DNA of 48,837 bases from an uncultured bacterium (GTDB lineage Bacteria; SAR324; NAC60-12), in NCBI GenBank assembly GCA_965662235.1, contig CBFIGY010000021.1, positions 1 to 48,837 of the forward strand, read 5' to 3'. Positions 17,932 to 26,864 of this stretch are shown in pieces. Every line of letters starts with the position of its first letter. The stretch's first letter is position 1. The notes below the pieces were generated by a model. The model saw only the letters and a list, made by a program, of their open reading frames with translations, ran no database searches and was not told the DNA's origin. A program made the translations under genes and the position numbers.

Positions 17932-18948
17932 TTAACGAATGGAGCCCAGCATTAAGCCGGAGCGCATCATTCGACCCAAGAAGATGGTGATGACCACCAT
18001 CGGCAGCATGGCGATCATGACGGCTACCGCAATAGCCCACCACTCATCACCACGATAAGAATTTTGTCCTGATAACAGAATCGGCAGCGTCTGCCAGTCC
18101 CCAGTTGTGAGGATGAGGGCAAAGAGGAACTCGTTCCAGACAAAGCCCAGGGTGATCAGGCTGACCGCAATCAGGCCCGGACGTGCCATGGGGATGACGA
18201 TTTCCAGGAAGATCCTAAAGCGAGGGACATCGTCCACCAGAGCCGCTTCTTCCACTTCCACCGGAAGGGACTGAAAGAAGTCCCGCATCAGCCAAACGAC
18301 CAGCGGCAACGAGAAGGCGGTGTAGCAGATCGTCAGCCCCCAGTACGTGTCCAGAAGCTTGAAGCCCTCACGGCCGATCTTTGAGTACAGCATGTACAGC
18401 GCAAAGGCGCTGACAATTGGCGGCATCATCCGGTTGGAGATGAACCAGAACACCACGTCGTTGTTCTTCATCACCGGGCCCGGAAGAGGCAGGCGGTTGG
18501 CCAAGATGCTCACCAGCAATGCCGCCGGAAAGGCAACGGCCATGGCATACACCTCACCGACCTTGATCTGCGTCAGTCCCACGTAGGTGCCAACGGCGAC
18601 CAGCGCAAAGATCACTCCCGACAACACCCGGACCCGGAAGTCGAACCGAACCAGCGCATAGGCTGCCATGGAGCCAAACACCATGGAGACCACACTTGCC
18701 GAGACGGAGATCCAGACGGAGTTCAGGAAGGTGGCCACGAAGTCCCCACGGTCTCCGGAAAAGGCGTCCAGCCACGGCTTCAGCGTTGGTTCAAAGTCGA
18801 CCCAAGGAATGTACGTGGGGCCGCTGGTGACAAAGAGAACCGGCTTGAAGGAGGTCACCAGGGTCCAGTAAAGCGGAAACAGCGTGGCGACAAACCAGGT
18901 GGCACAGAAGGCAAAAACGCCCCACTTCTTCCATTTGTTCTGTTGCAT
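17932..18948 (-). CDS. Carbohydrate ABC transporter permease (MalG-like)
   Basis: EAA loop LPVEVEEAALVDD plus FPLYW and WNEFLFAL. Longer than usual because of an internal hydrophobic insertion. Confidence 0.92.
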   Translation of the reverse strand: MQQNKWKKWGVFAFCATWFVATLFPLYWTLVTSFKPVLFVTSGPTYIPWVDFEPTLKPWLDAFSGDRGDFVATFLNSVWISVSASVVSMVFGSMAAYALVRFDFRVRVLSGVIFALVAVGTYVGLTQIKVGEVYAMAVAFPAALLVSILANRLPLPGPVMKNNDVVFWFISNRMMPPIVSAFALYMLYSKIGREGFKLLDTYWGLTICYTAFSLPLVVWLMRDFFQSLPVEVEEAALVDDVPRFRIFLEIVIPMARPGLIAVSLITLGFVWNEFLFALILTTGDWQTLPILLSGQNSYRGDEWWAIAVAVMIAMLPMVVITIFLGRMMRSGLMLGSIR

Positions 18949-18960
18949 GTCGATCTCCCG

Positions 18961-19830
18961 TTAGTGACGTTTGTCCAGTTGAGGTTTCAGCAACGCCAGG
19001 TAGAGGGTTCCGAAAACAATGATGAAGATCAGGAAGAGGAAACTGATCGCAGACGTGTAGCCCAGGTTGAACTTCTTCAGCCCTTCCTGATAGGCAAACA
19101 GGGTAAGGGTTTCGGTCGCAATCCCGGGCCCGCCTCCTGTCATGATGAAGACGGTGTCGATGATCTTGAAGGCTTCGACAATGCGGATGAAGATCACCGC
19201 AACAGAGACCGGAAGCAGCATGGGAAAGGTGATCGTCCAGAAGATCTGCCAGTTGCTGGCGTTCTCTAGGCGTGCGGCTTCATAAATGTCCTGCGGAAGC
19301 GACTGCAGGCCGGCAAGCATCATCAGGATCACAAATGGTGTCCACTGCCACACTTCCACTGTGATCAGGGAACTGTAGGTCCAGGTGATCTCGGTCAGGA
19401 AGGGCGGATTCGGGTAGCCGAAGGCGGTGAAGAGTTCGTTGAGCGGACCAAACTGCGAGTTGAAGATCTGCTTCCAGACCAAAGCCACGGCAATCGGGGT
19501 CAGGAGCATGGGCAGCAGAAAGGTCACCCGGAAGAGACGCTCGCCCGGAACCTTGCTGTGCAGCGCCATCGCAATGCCAAGACCACAGACGTACTGGATG
19601 CCCACCGAAATGAACACCAGTGTCGAGGTGTTACCAATCACTCCCCAGAAGCGGGCCTGATCCAGCAGCTTGGCGTAGTTGTCCAGTCCAACGTACCGAG
19701 GCGGCAACGGCGGAATGAGCCGGACGTACTGGAAGCTGAGGTTGAGCGTGTACACCAGCGGAAACAAGGTGACCAGCAACACCACCAGCACCGCCGGCCA
19801 GATGAAGAGGTATTTGGAGCGATCCTTCAC
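18961..19830 (-). CDS. Carbohydrate ABC transporter permease (MalF-like)
   Basis: Motifs YVGLDNY, WQWTPF, EAA loop IYEAARLENA and TGGGPG; GTG start. Confidence 0.92.
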   Translation of the reverse strand: MKDRSKYLFIWPAVLVVLLVTLFPLVYTLNLSFQYVRLIPPLPPRYVGLDNYAKLLDQARFWGVIGNTSTLVFISVGIQYVCGLGIAMALHSKVPGERLFRVTFLLPMLLTPIAVALVWKQIFNSQFGPLNELFTAFGYPNPPFLTEITWTYSSLITVEVWQWTPFVILMMLAGLQSLPQDIYEAARLENASNWQIFWTITFPMLLPVSVAVIFIRIVEAFKIIDTVFIMTGGGPGIATETLTLFAYQEGLKKFNLGYTSAISFLFLIFIIVFGTLYLALLKPQLDKRH

Positions 19831-19853
19831 AGTCTTTTCTCGAGGGACAGAGT

Positions 19854-20777
19854 TCAGCTTTGAAGCAACGCTTCAATTTCGGCAACCGTGGGCATGGCCG
19901 GCGCGGTTCCAGGTCGAGTGACCGAGATGGCTGCAGTCGCTGAGCCAAAGCGAGCGGCATCACGCAACGAGGCGCCCGAGGCAATGGCCTGAGCAAAGCC
20001 TCCGTTGAAGGCGTCTCCGGCGCCTGTGGTCTCCACAACCTTGCCCTTCATGTTGAAGGCGGGCAGGTGTTCGTCGATCTCGTCGTTGAGGATGTAGCAG
20101 CCCATTTCCCCAAGCGTGATGACAACCGTCTTGACGCCCCGACGCCGGAACACCTTCGCAGCCGCTTGAGCCTCTTCCGGAGTGGTCACCGGGAGGCCAG
20201 ACAGCATGGCGGCTTCGGATTCATTGGGTGTGAAGTAGTCGCAGAGGGAATAAACCGAATCCGGAATCGGCACCGCTGGGGCCGGATTGAAGACGGTGGC
20301 CACGCCATGCTTGCAGGCGAGTTCTAGGCTGTACTGCATGACCGACACCGGCACCTCTAGGTTCGTCATGAAGACCTGCGAGCTTGCAATTGCAGACTCC
20401 GCTTGGGTGACGTCTGCCTGCGTGAGGAGGTCTGCAGAGCCCGGAACAACGATGATGGAGTTGTCCCCGGTTTGGTCGTTGACCATGATGTCAGCGGCGC
20501 CCGTGTCCTGCTGGTCGGTCTGGAAAACGTAGCGCGTGTCGATGCCCTCGGCCTCATACAGGTCAAGCGCCATTTGCGCAAACGGGTCCTGCCCAAGCAT
20601 GGTGATGAAGCGGACCTCGGCTCCAGCGCGACGTGCCGCAACCGCTTGGTTCGATCCCTTGCCCCCTGGGCCCAGCTTGAAGGATGAGCCGATGAGGGTT
20701 TCTCCAACTTTCGGAAGCCGGTCGCTCCGGAAGGTCAGGTCGGCAACAAAAACGCCGAGGATGGTGATGGTGCTCAT
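19854..20777 (-). CDS. rbsK: Ribokinase (PfkB family)
   Basis: Motifs GGKGSNQAVAA, FNPAPA, TPNESEA and ETTGAGDAFNGG. Confidence 0.88.
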   Translation of the reverse strand: MSTITILGVFVADLTFRSDRLPKVGETLIGSSFKLGPGGKGSNQAVAARRAGAEVRFITMLGQDPFAQMALDLYEAEGIDTRYVFQTDQQDTGAADIMVNDQTGDNSIIVVPGSADLLTQADVTQAESAIASSQVFMTNLEVPVSVMQYSLELACKHGVATVFNPAPAVPIPDSVYSLCDYFTPNESEAAMLSGLPVTTPEEAQAAAKVFRRRGVKTVVITLGEMGCYILNDEIDEHLPAFNMKGKVVETTGAGDAFNGGFAQAIASGASLRDAARFGSATAAISVTRPGTAPAMPTVAEIEALLQS

Positions 20778-20813
20778 GATGATTCTCCGGTAGTCAATGA
20801 GGGCGGGCGGTGG

Positions 20814-21278
20814 TCAGACGACGTTTCCATCTGGATCCAGAACCCCCTTGACCAGAACAAAGCATCCGTAAGGGCGGCGCTCTCCTGCGGCACAGACCAC
20901 GGCGTAGGCGTTCCGGGCCCGGTCGTAAAAAGCGTGTCGCTCAATTTGCCCCATCTTCCACTCTCGGTCAGAGTTGTTCTTCATCGCCTGCATCATGTCC
21001 TCGTGGCAGCCCACGATTTCATCCGGAGCGCCCACGACCTCCATGCGGAGGACGGGTTCGTCCACAAAGCTGTCCAGCGGAAAAACCGAGAGGATCGCGT
21101 CAGCGGCCTGAGGAATGTCCACCCCTTCAAGGCGGACGAGCTTGCCGGTCACGGTGTGTGCGGCAACCGAATCTGACGGAAAGTTGCAGTCGGCCAGCAC
21201 CAGCTCATCCCCGTGACCCATGGCACGAAGGATCTGGAGCAGGTCGGGACTCAGCAACGGGTTGATGTTTTTCAGCAT
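20814..21278 (-). CDS. RbsD/FucU family sugar mutarotase/pyranase
   Basis: Motifs MLKNI...MGHGDELVLADCNFP, ERHAFY and YGCFVLVKGV; FucU-like. SD GGAGG. Confidence 0.92.
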   Translation of the reverse strand: MLKNINPLLSPDLLQILRAMGHGDELVLADCNFPSDSVAAHTVTGKLVRLEGVDIPQAADAILSVFPLDSFVDEPVLRMEVVGAPDEIVGCHEDMMQAMKNNSDREWKMGQIERHAFYDRARNAYAVVCAAGERRPYGCFVLVKGVLDPDGNVV

Positions 21279-21323
21279 GCTTCCTCCAACAAAAATGAAT
21301 GCATCAATGAAAGGGATCCAGCC

Positions 21324-21716
21324 TCAGCGGTTCCGGATCAAAACAGGCGTCCGATCAGCATCGTTGTAAACGTGCCAAAGAGGACCTAAGACGGCAGCTG
21401 GGTGATCCTGATCGTCCGGAGGTCCTTGCCAGGTTTCTGTGCTTTTGGGGTGTGGTTCCGTGTACAAGACGTGGTGGTGAAACCCATCTGCAGAACGGAA
21501 CCATTCTTCCCAAGGAATCTTGTCTGTCAAGTCCAATGGCGGCACCGCATTGATCACGGTTCCCACCTGCGGATTGGGCTGGACGATCCAGTCGTGATCC
21601 GCATAACGGCGGGCAACTTCGTCACTGAGAAAAATCTGAAAGTCCAAGCCAATTTCGTCACAGGCTCGGTTGACTTGGGCGTCCCGGAGGCGTGCTTCAA
21701 AGTCTTTCAAATCCAT
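21324..21716 (-). CDS. Hypothetical protein (130 aa)
   Basis: ATG with SD-like GAGGG. Fills the gap co-directionally ahead of the RbsD/FucU gene. No recognised family. Confidence 0.65.
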   Translation of the reverse strand: MDLKDFEARLRDAQVNRACDEIGLDFQIFLSDEVARRYADHDWIVQPNPQVGTVINAVPPLDLTDKIPWEEWFRSADGFHHHVLYTEPHPKSTETWQGPPDDQDHPAAVLGPLWHVYNDADRTPVLIRNR

Positions 21717-21850
21717 AATCCCTCAAAAAATCAGAAAGAATATCAGGAAACTATTTTTTAGGGAAAAAATCAAATCGTCCAAGCGGTTTCAGAAAAGGCC
21801 CCACGGAGTAAGCCCCTTCCTCAAAGTAGGGAAGAAGCATAGACGAAGTG

Positions 21851-21862
21851 GCGAACGTTTGC
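21851..21862. promoter_or_regulatory. Putative LacI-family operator (GCGAACGTTTGC)
   Basis: 11/12 match to the palindrome GCAAACGTTTGC (central CG, as in RbsR/PurR-type sites), in the AT-rich intergenic region upstream of the rbsD-rbsK-ABC genes. Confidence 0.5.
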
Positions 21863-21961
21863 GAATGATTTTTTTGAAACCCTAGAAAACTGCTTTTTAA
21901 GTGGTGATTCCTGCTTTTTCTTTCTTCAGAAAGAAAGTGGTTACCTGAGAAAGAAAAAGCC

Positions 21962-22651
21962 CTAAGGCTCGGCAAAAACCGTAACGGGAGCGCCATCGGC
22001 TTGGGCATACCGCAGGGGGGCCACCCACACTTTTTGGGGAGAAGCATGGAGCGCCTCCAGGTGCATGTCCTCAATGATGAGAATCGGATCCGCCAGCGTG
22101 GTTTCTCCTCCGGAAGGTTCCTGAGCCAGAAACGCGCGATGCGCGATGCGTCCCAACGGACGGTTGGTGAAGCTGGTGAGCGAGATGAAGTCGAACCCAA
22201 TCATCCGCAAGTGCCGATTCGTCCGGAGCCAGAGGCCGATTTCTGGAGAGAAGCCTGGCCCTTCAAAGATGTACCGAGACGCCTCCGGAGGGTCGGCGCG
22301 GAACTGCTCAAAGCCGGTCTTGATGAGCAGCAGGTCGGTTTCCTCTGGAATCTGCTCGAGGTCGGCCTGCCAGTCGTCCAGTGAGAGGATCTCTCCGGGC
22401 GCGGCGGTCCGAGTCAGGAGCCAGGGGGCCTGGCAGCACCAGAACTCAGCAGGGTACGCCTCAAGCGCTTGCCCGGTGGCATCAAAGTGCAAGGGCGCGT
22501 CAATGTGCGTTCCGGTGTGGGCGCCAAAGGAAAGATCGGTGTTGTTCGAGGTGTCTCCACAGTCGAGGCACCGGACGCGCTTGAGGTCGAAGAGTCCGGC
22601 ATTGCCATACCGGGGCGTCTCCGGACCCAGCACGTGGCTGAGGTAAAGCAT
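21962..22651 (-). CDS. Cyclase family metal-dependent hydrolase (kynurenine formamidase KynB-like)
   Basis: HTGTHIDAPLHF (HxGTHxDxPxH), LLIKTG, IGFD, IIEDM and ADGAP. Confidence 0.88.
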   Translation of the reverse strand: MLYLSHVLGPETPRYGNAGLFDLKRVRCLDCGDTSNNTDLSFGAHTGTHIDAPLHFDATGQALEAYPAEFWCCQAPWLLTRTAAPGEILSLDDWQADLEQIPEETDLLLIKTGFEQFRADPPEASRYIFEGPGFSPEIGLWLRTNRHLRMIGFDFISLTSFTNRPLGRIAHRAFLAQEPSGGETTLADPILIIEDMHLEALHASPQKVWVAPLRYAQADGAPVTVFAEP

Positions 22652-22667
22652 CGGTTTTTGGATTCCG

Positions 22668-23957
22668 TTAGCGGGTGAATTCTCGGAGCAGTCGCAGGAC
22701 GGGCAGCGCGGCTTCCACCTGCGGCAGGTGCCCGCACTGCGGGAAGAAGTGGGTGCCCACGATCCCCGGGACCTGTGTGGCGTGTGCCACGGGCAGAACC
22801 TGGTCCTCTCGTCCCCAAATCAACTTGACCGGCATGGGAAGGGTGTCGAGCCGCCCCCGTCCCTGCCAACGCTGTCGACCACGATCGTGGAGCCCCTGAG
22901 CAATCGCCTGGAGTGCCGGAAGTGCCCCCGGCGCGCGGCGTTGCTCCAGCAAGGGGGCGAGCAGTGCGTGGTTGACCAAGGCCGACTCATAGAAGAGCCG
23001 ATACAGCGCAGGACGCAGCGTGTCCGCCTCAGTCGCCGTGGCCATCTGGTGGACAAACTCGGAGTGGATCTCCGGACCCAGCCCAACCGGGGCAAGCAGC
23101 GTCAGGCTGGCGACCTGAGTGGGATTCCGGGAGGCAAACTCCAGAGCCACGCCTCCTCCCATTGAGTGCCCAACGAGGTGCACGGGCCCCAGCCCCAAAG
23201 CCGGAAGCGCTTGGTCGAGGAAGTGGGAAAACTCCTCAACGCCTGGGGTTCCGGGAAGGGCGGATGAACCACCGTGCCCGGGAAGGTCAAAGGCCACGAC
23301 CTCGGTTTCCTTGGCCAGCTGCACAAGTTGATAGCGGAAGGAGAAGAGGTCTCCTCCAAACCCGTGGAGGAAGAGCACCGGCGTGTCACCAGATCCACGT
23401 CGGAAAACCCGAAGCTCGGTGCCGCCTACGGTCAGCTGAGAGGTGATTTCGCTTCCCACTGTCACTTGAGGCGCAGCTTCTCCGGAGCGGGGAAGGTCCC
23501 GTTTTTCGATGCGTCCCAGAGGGCCGGAACCTGTGAGCGCGGTGAGGTCAAGGCCTCGTTGTTGTGCCAGCCGGCGGGCCGCTGGAGTCGCCCGGATTTT
23601 CCCGGAGTTCAGGTGAGGACGTTCCTCCGGAGCCGGTGCCGTGTTGGCGGGGGGGCTTGGGGCTGCTGCCGGAACAGAAGCTGGCTCGGGCTCCGGAGGC
23701 TGCGCGGAAGAAGCGTCTCCAGCGACTTCCACCCGGGCGAGCGGGGCGCCAATTTCCACCTCGCTGTTTTCCGGAGCAAGGATTTCCAGCAGGGTGCCGT
23801 CTTCCAGAGCCGGGACCTCGGCAATCATCTTGTCGGTTTCCAGCTCCAGCAAAGCCTCTCCACGGGTGAAGGCTTCTCCGGGTTGACGGTTCCAGGAAAT
23901 CACGGTTCCCTGCTCCATGGTTTCTCCCATGCGCGGGAGCGTCAGGATTTTTTCCAT
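22668..23957 (-). CDS. acoC: AcoC-like E2 protein: lipoyl domain + peripheral subunit-binding domain + alpha/beta-hydrolase domain
   Basis: Lipoyl-Lys motif ETDKM; PSBD RATPAARRLA...GSGPLGRIEKRD; hydrolase motifs LHGFGGD, GHSMGG and GHLPQVE. No classical 2-oxoacid acyltransferase domain. Confidence 0.85.
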   Translation of the reverse strand: MEKILTLPRMGETMEQGTVISWNRQPGEAFTRGEALLELETDKMIAEVPALEDGTLLEILAPENSEVEIGAPLARVEVAGDASSAQPPEPEPASVPAAAPSPPANTAPAPEERPHLNSGKIRATPAARRLAQQRGLDLTALTGSGPLGRIEKRDLPRSGEAAPQVTVGSEITSQLTVGGTELRVFRRGSGDTPVLFLHGFGGDLFSFRYQLVQLAKETEVVAFDLPGHGGSSALPGTPGVEEFSHFLDQALPALGLGPVHLVGHSMGGGVALEFASRNPTQVASLTLLAPVGLGPEIHSEFVHQMATATEADTLRPALYRLFYESALVNHALLAPLLEQRRAPGALPALQAIAQGLHDRGRQRWQGRGRLDTLPMPVKLIWGREDQVLPVAHATQVPGIVGTHFFPQCGHLPQVEAALPVLRLLREFTR

Positions 23958-23959
23958 GA

Positions 23960-24931
23960 TCAACGCCGCATCAAGAGGTGTCCGGCTTCCACAATGCGCT
24001 CCGTGCTGGGGACCGATGCCGCTTCCAGCTCAGCAGCCACTGGAATGGGGAGGTCTTCGCCGGCCAGACGGAGGACGGGCTCTTCCAAGAAGTCGAAGGA
24101 GCCTTCCATGATGCGGGCGGAAAGTTCGGCGCTGACGCCTGCGGTGAGGCAGTCTTCGGTGACCACCAGGGCGCGTCCGGTCCGGGAAACGGAGGCATTG
24201 ACGGTGTCCATGTCCAGCGGATGGAGCGTCCGGAGGTCGATCACCTCGGCAGAGATGCCAGCTGCAGCGAGCTGCTCAGCGGCTTCCAGCGCCCGGTAGA
24301 CCATCCGGGAGTAGGTGACCAGGGTGAAATCGGTTCCGGGTCGCAGCACCTGGGCTTTTCCCCACGGGGGCGCCTGCTCCGGAGTCAGCTCACCCTTCTG
24401 AACGTAGAGGGACTTGTGCTCAAGAAAGATGACGGGGTCCGGAAGCGTCAGCGCGTGCTTGAGGAGCACGTACGCGTCGGTCACAGTGGCAGGCATGGCC
24501 ACATGCAGTCCGGGCGTGTGCAGGAACCACGCTTCCAGACTCTGAGAGTGCTGAGCCGCGCCAGAACGTCCTGTGCCGCCCTGAGAACGGAGGATCATGG
24601 GAACGCCGATCTGTCCGCCGAACATGTAACGGATCTTGGCCGCTTGGTTGGCCACCTGATCCATGGCGAGGGTGACAAAGTCGATGTACATCAACTCAGC
24701 CACCGGACGGAGTCCCGTCATCGCAGCGCCCACGGCAGTGCCGACAATGGCCTCTTCCGAGATGGGCGTGTCGATCACTCGGTCTTCGCCGAACTCTTCC
24801 AGCAGCCCCTTGGAAACGCCATAGGCGCCTCCGTAGCGGCCCACCTCTTCTCCCATGATGATGATGCTGGGGTCAGCCTGCATGGATTCCTGCAACGCCA
24901 GGCGCAGGGCTTCTCGGTAAGTGGTTTCCAT
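23960..24931 (-). CDS. acoB: TPP-dependent dehydrogenase E1 beta subunit (acetoin/pyruvate dehydrogenase family)
   Basis: Motifs DTPISEEA, GLRPVAELMY, AAQHSQSLEAW and EVIDLRTL. Confidence 0.88.
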   Translation of the reverse strand: METTYREALRLALQESMQADPSIIIMGEEVGRYGGAYGVSKGLLEEFGEDRVIDTPISEEAIVGTAVGAAMTGLRPVAELMYIDFVTLAMDQVANQAAKIRYMFGGQIGVPMILRSQGGTGRSGAAQHSQSLEAWFLHTPGLHVAMPATVTDAYVLLKHALTLPDPVIFLEHKSLYVQKGELTPEQAPPWGKAQVLRPGTDFTLVTYSRMVYRALEAAEQLAAAGISAEVIDLRTLHPLDMDTVNASVSRTGRALVVTEDCLTAGVSAELSARIMEGSFDFLEEPVLRLAGEDLPIPVAAELEAASVPSTERIVEAGHLLMRR

Positions 24932-25959
24932 CAGGCCCTCGCAGCTAAGACAGGTGAGTGCATGGCGTCCCGGAGGCGCTGGTCGACTGGTTCCGGCTGA
25001 GGCTGTCCGGGCGCATAGACGTCTTCGTAAATGGTATCGAGCGGCGGTGCCGGAGAGTCGAGCGCAAACTGGAGCGCCTCATCCATCTCGGCGTTCACTG
25101 CGGCAACAATTTGGTCGCAGTCGCTTTCGGAAAGCCCGGCGTCCAGCAGACGCTTGCGTTGGAAGGCAAGGGTGTCTTTCTGTCGACCCGCCTGCTCTTC
25201 GGCGTCATCGCGATACGGACTCTTGTCCATCCGGGCGTGTCCGTGGAAGCGGTAGCAGTTGACCTTGAGGAACGCGGGCTGTCCCTGACGGGCCTGGGCC
25301 AGCAGCTCAAGCGCCGTGGCATGGACGGCTTCCGCATCAAGTCCATCGACCTCGGAGGCCACAAGTCCGAAGCTCTCAGCGCGCTTGACGAACTCAAGGG
25401 AGGCGCTGGCCCGGTCGAGTCGGGTGCCCATGCCGTATTCGTTGTTGATGCAGACAAACAGGACCGGAAGCTTCCAGAGTGCGGTCAGGTTCATGCTTTC
25501 ATAGAACCCCCCCTGCTGCATCGCGCCATCGCCAAAGAAGGCGACTGAGACTGCGCCGGTCTTCAGGTTCCGGTACGACAGCCCGGCGCCCACGACGTGG
25601 GTGATGCCACCCCCGACAATCGCGTTGGCGCCCAGGTGACCGAGTCCCATGTCAGCGATGTGCATGGAGCCTCCTTTGCCTCGGCAGTAGCCGGCCTGCT
25701 TGCCTCCGATCTCCGCCATCATTCGCTTGGGATCAGCGCCACGGGCGAGGAAGATGCCGTGTCCCCGGTGGTGTGTGGTGAAGCTGTCTCCGGGCTGCAT
25801 GGCTTCGCCCACCCCAACGGCACCGGATTCCTCCCCAATGGAAAGGTGCAGCATGGACCCGGCGGTGCCGCCGCGGACAAACAATTCGCCCACGCGTTCC
25901 TCAAAGGTTCGGATGCGCAGCAACTGTCGGAAGAAGTGCTGATGGATCTCTAAGCTCAT
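24931..25959 (-). CDS. acoA: TPP-dependent dehydrogenase E1 alpha subunit (acetoin/pyruvate dehydrogenase family)
   Basis: GKGGSMH, TPP-binding GDGA...NNEYG and YRFHGH. Confidence 0.88.
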   Translation of the reverse strand: MSLEIHQHFFRQLLRIRTFEERVGELFVRGGTAGSMLHLSIGEESGAVGVGEAMQPGDSFTTHHRGHGIFLARGADPKRMMAEIGGKQAGYCRGKGGSMHIADMGLGHLGANAIVGGGITHVVGAGLSYRNLKTGAVSVAFFGDGAMQQGGFYESMNLTALWKLPVLFVCINNEYGMGTRLDRASASLEFVKRAESFGLVASEVDGLDAEAVHATALELLAQARQGQPAFLKVNCYRFHGHARMDKSPYRDDAEEQAGRQKDTLAFQRKRLLDAGLSESDCDQIVAAVNAEMDEALQFALDSPAPPLDTIYEDVYAPGQPQPEPVDQRLRDAMHSPVLAARA

Positions 25960-26864
25960 GACGCTCCTGTCAGTTCATGGCGACGGATGTAGGAAACCTG
26001 GGCGCCCGAACGACGGACGCTTGCGGCAGCTGCTTGGTTGGCAACCTCGGCAGCCTGTAGAAGGTTCTGGTGTTCAGACCATTCGGCGGCAAAGACGCCC
26101 ACAAAGGCGTCTCCGGCACCAAGGGTGCTGACCACTTCAACGGGGTGTCCCGGAAGGGCATGACGGGTGCCTTGGGAAGCCAGCAGCACCCCTTCTGCTC
26201 CCAGCGTCAGCACGACGGTGCGGGCACGTGTTTCCAAAAAGGCAAGGGCCTGCTCGGCGCTCTCCCGGTCCGTTACCGACACGCCTGAGAGCACCGAGGC
26301 CTCGGTTTCGTTGACCACCAGGAAGTCGAGCCAGGTCCACCACGTGTCCGGAAGTGGCTGGACGGGGGCGGCGTTCAGCAACACGGGCACTCCTTGCGCC
26401 TGGGCCTGCTTTCCGGCGGCCTCCACTGCGTCTAGGGGCGATTCCAGTTGCAGCACAAGGAGGCCGATCTGTTCCCAGAAAGCTGGGTCCTGAGGCAGGT
26501 CCTCGGGACTCAGGCGAGCGTTGGCCCGGAGCGCGACGACGGCTTGGTACTGTCCGTTCTGATCCACAAAGTCCATGGCCAGACCGGTTCCTGCTGGATC
26601 GGTTTTGAGGTACTCCAGCCGGACTCCGGCCCGGGTCATGGCGTCTCGCATGAGGGCGCCCGGTTCATCGTCTCCCACTCGTCCGACAAACCAGGTGGGG
26701 GCTTCCCAGAGCGCCGCAGCAACCGCTTGGTTCGATCCCTTACCGCCGGGATGCTCCTCGTATCGGTTGGCGAGCAGCGTGGCGCCCACTTCCGGAAGGG
26801 CGTCCAGGTAGGCCATGCGATCGAGGTTGGCCGCGCCTACGACCAGGACTCCTTTGCGACTCAC
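25956..26864 (-). CDS. Second ribokinase-like PfkB carbohydrate kinase
   Basis: Motifs GGKGSNQAVAA, LNAAP, VVNETEA and STLGAGDAFVG. GTG start overlaps the upstream stop. Confidence 0.88.
   Translation of the reverse strand: MSRKGVLVVGAANLDRMAYLDALPEVGATLLANRYEEHPGGKGSNQAVAAALWEAPTWFVGRVGDDEPGALMRDAMTRAGVRLEYLKTDPAGTGLAMDFVDQNGQYQAVVALRANARLSPEDLPQDPAFWEQIGLLVLQLESPLDAVEAAGKQAQAQGVPVLLNAAPVQPLPDTWWTWLDFLVVNETEASVLSGVSVTDRESAEQALAFLETRARTVVLTLGAEGVLLASQGTRHALPGHPVEVVSTLGAGDAFVGVFAAEWSEHQNLLQAAEVANQAAAASVRRSGAQVSYIRRHELTGAS

Noticed and set aside
20648..20658. GGTTCGATCC T-loop-like motifs (also at ~26729-26738)
   Set aside because: They lie inside PfkB kinase genes as the antisense of the GSNQ codons, with no cloverleaf.
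22668..25959. Housekeeping pyruvate dehydrogenase complex
   Set aside because: E2 has an alpha/beta-hydrolase domain rather than the acetyltransferase core, there is no linked E3, and it is embedded in a sugar operon.
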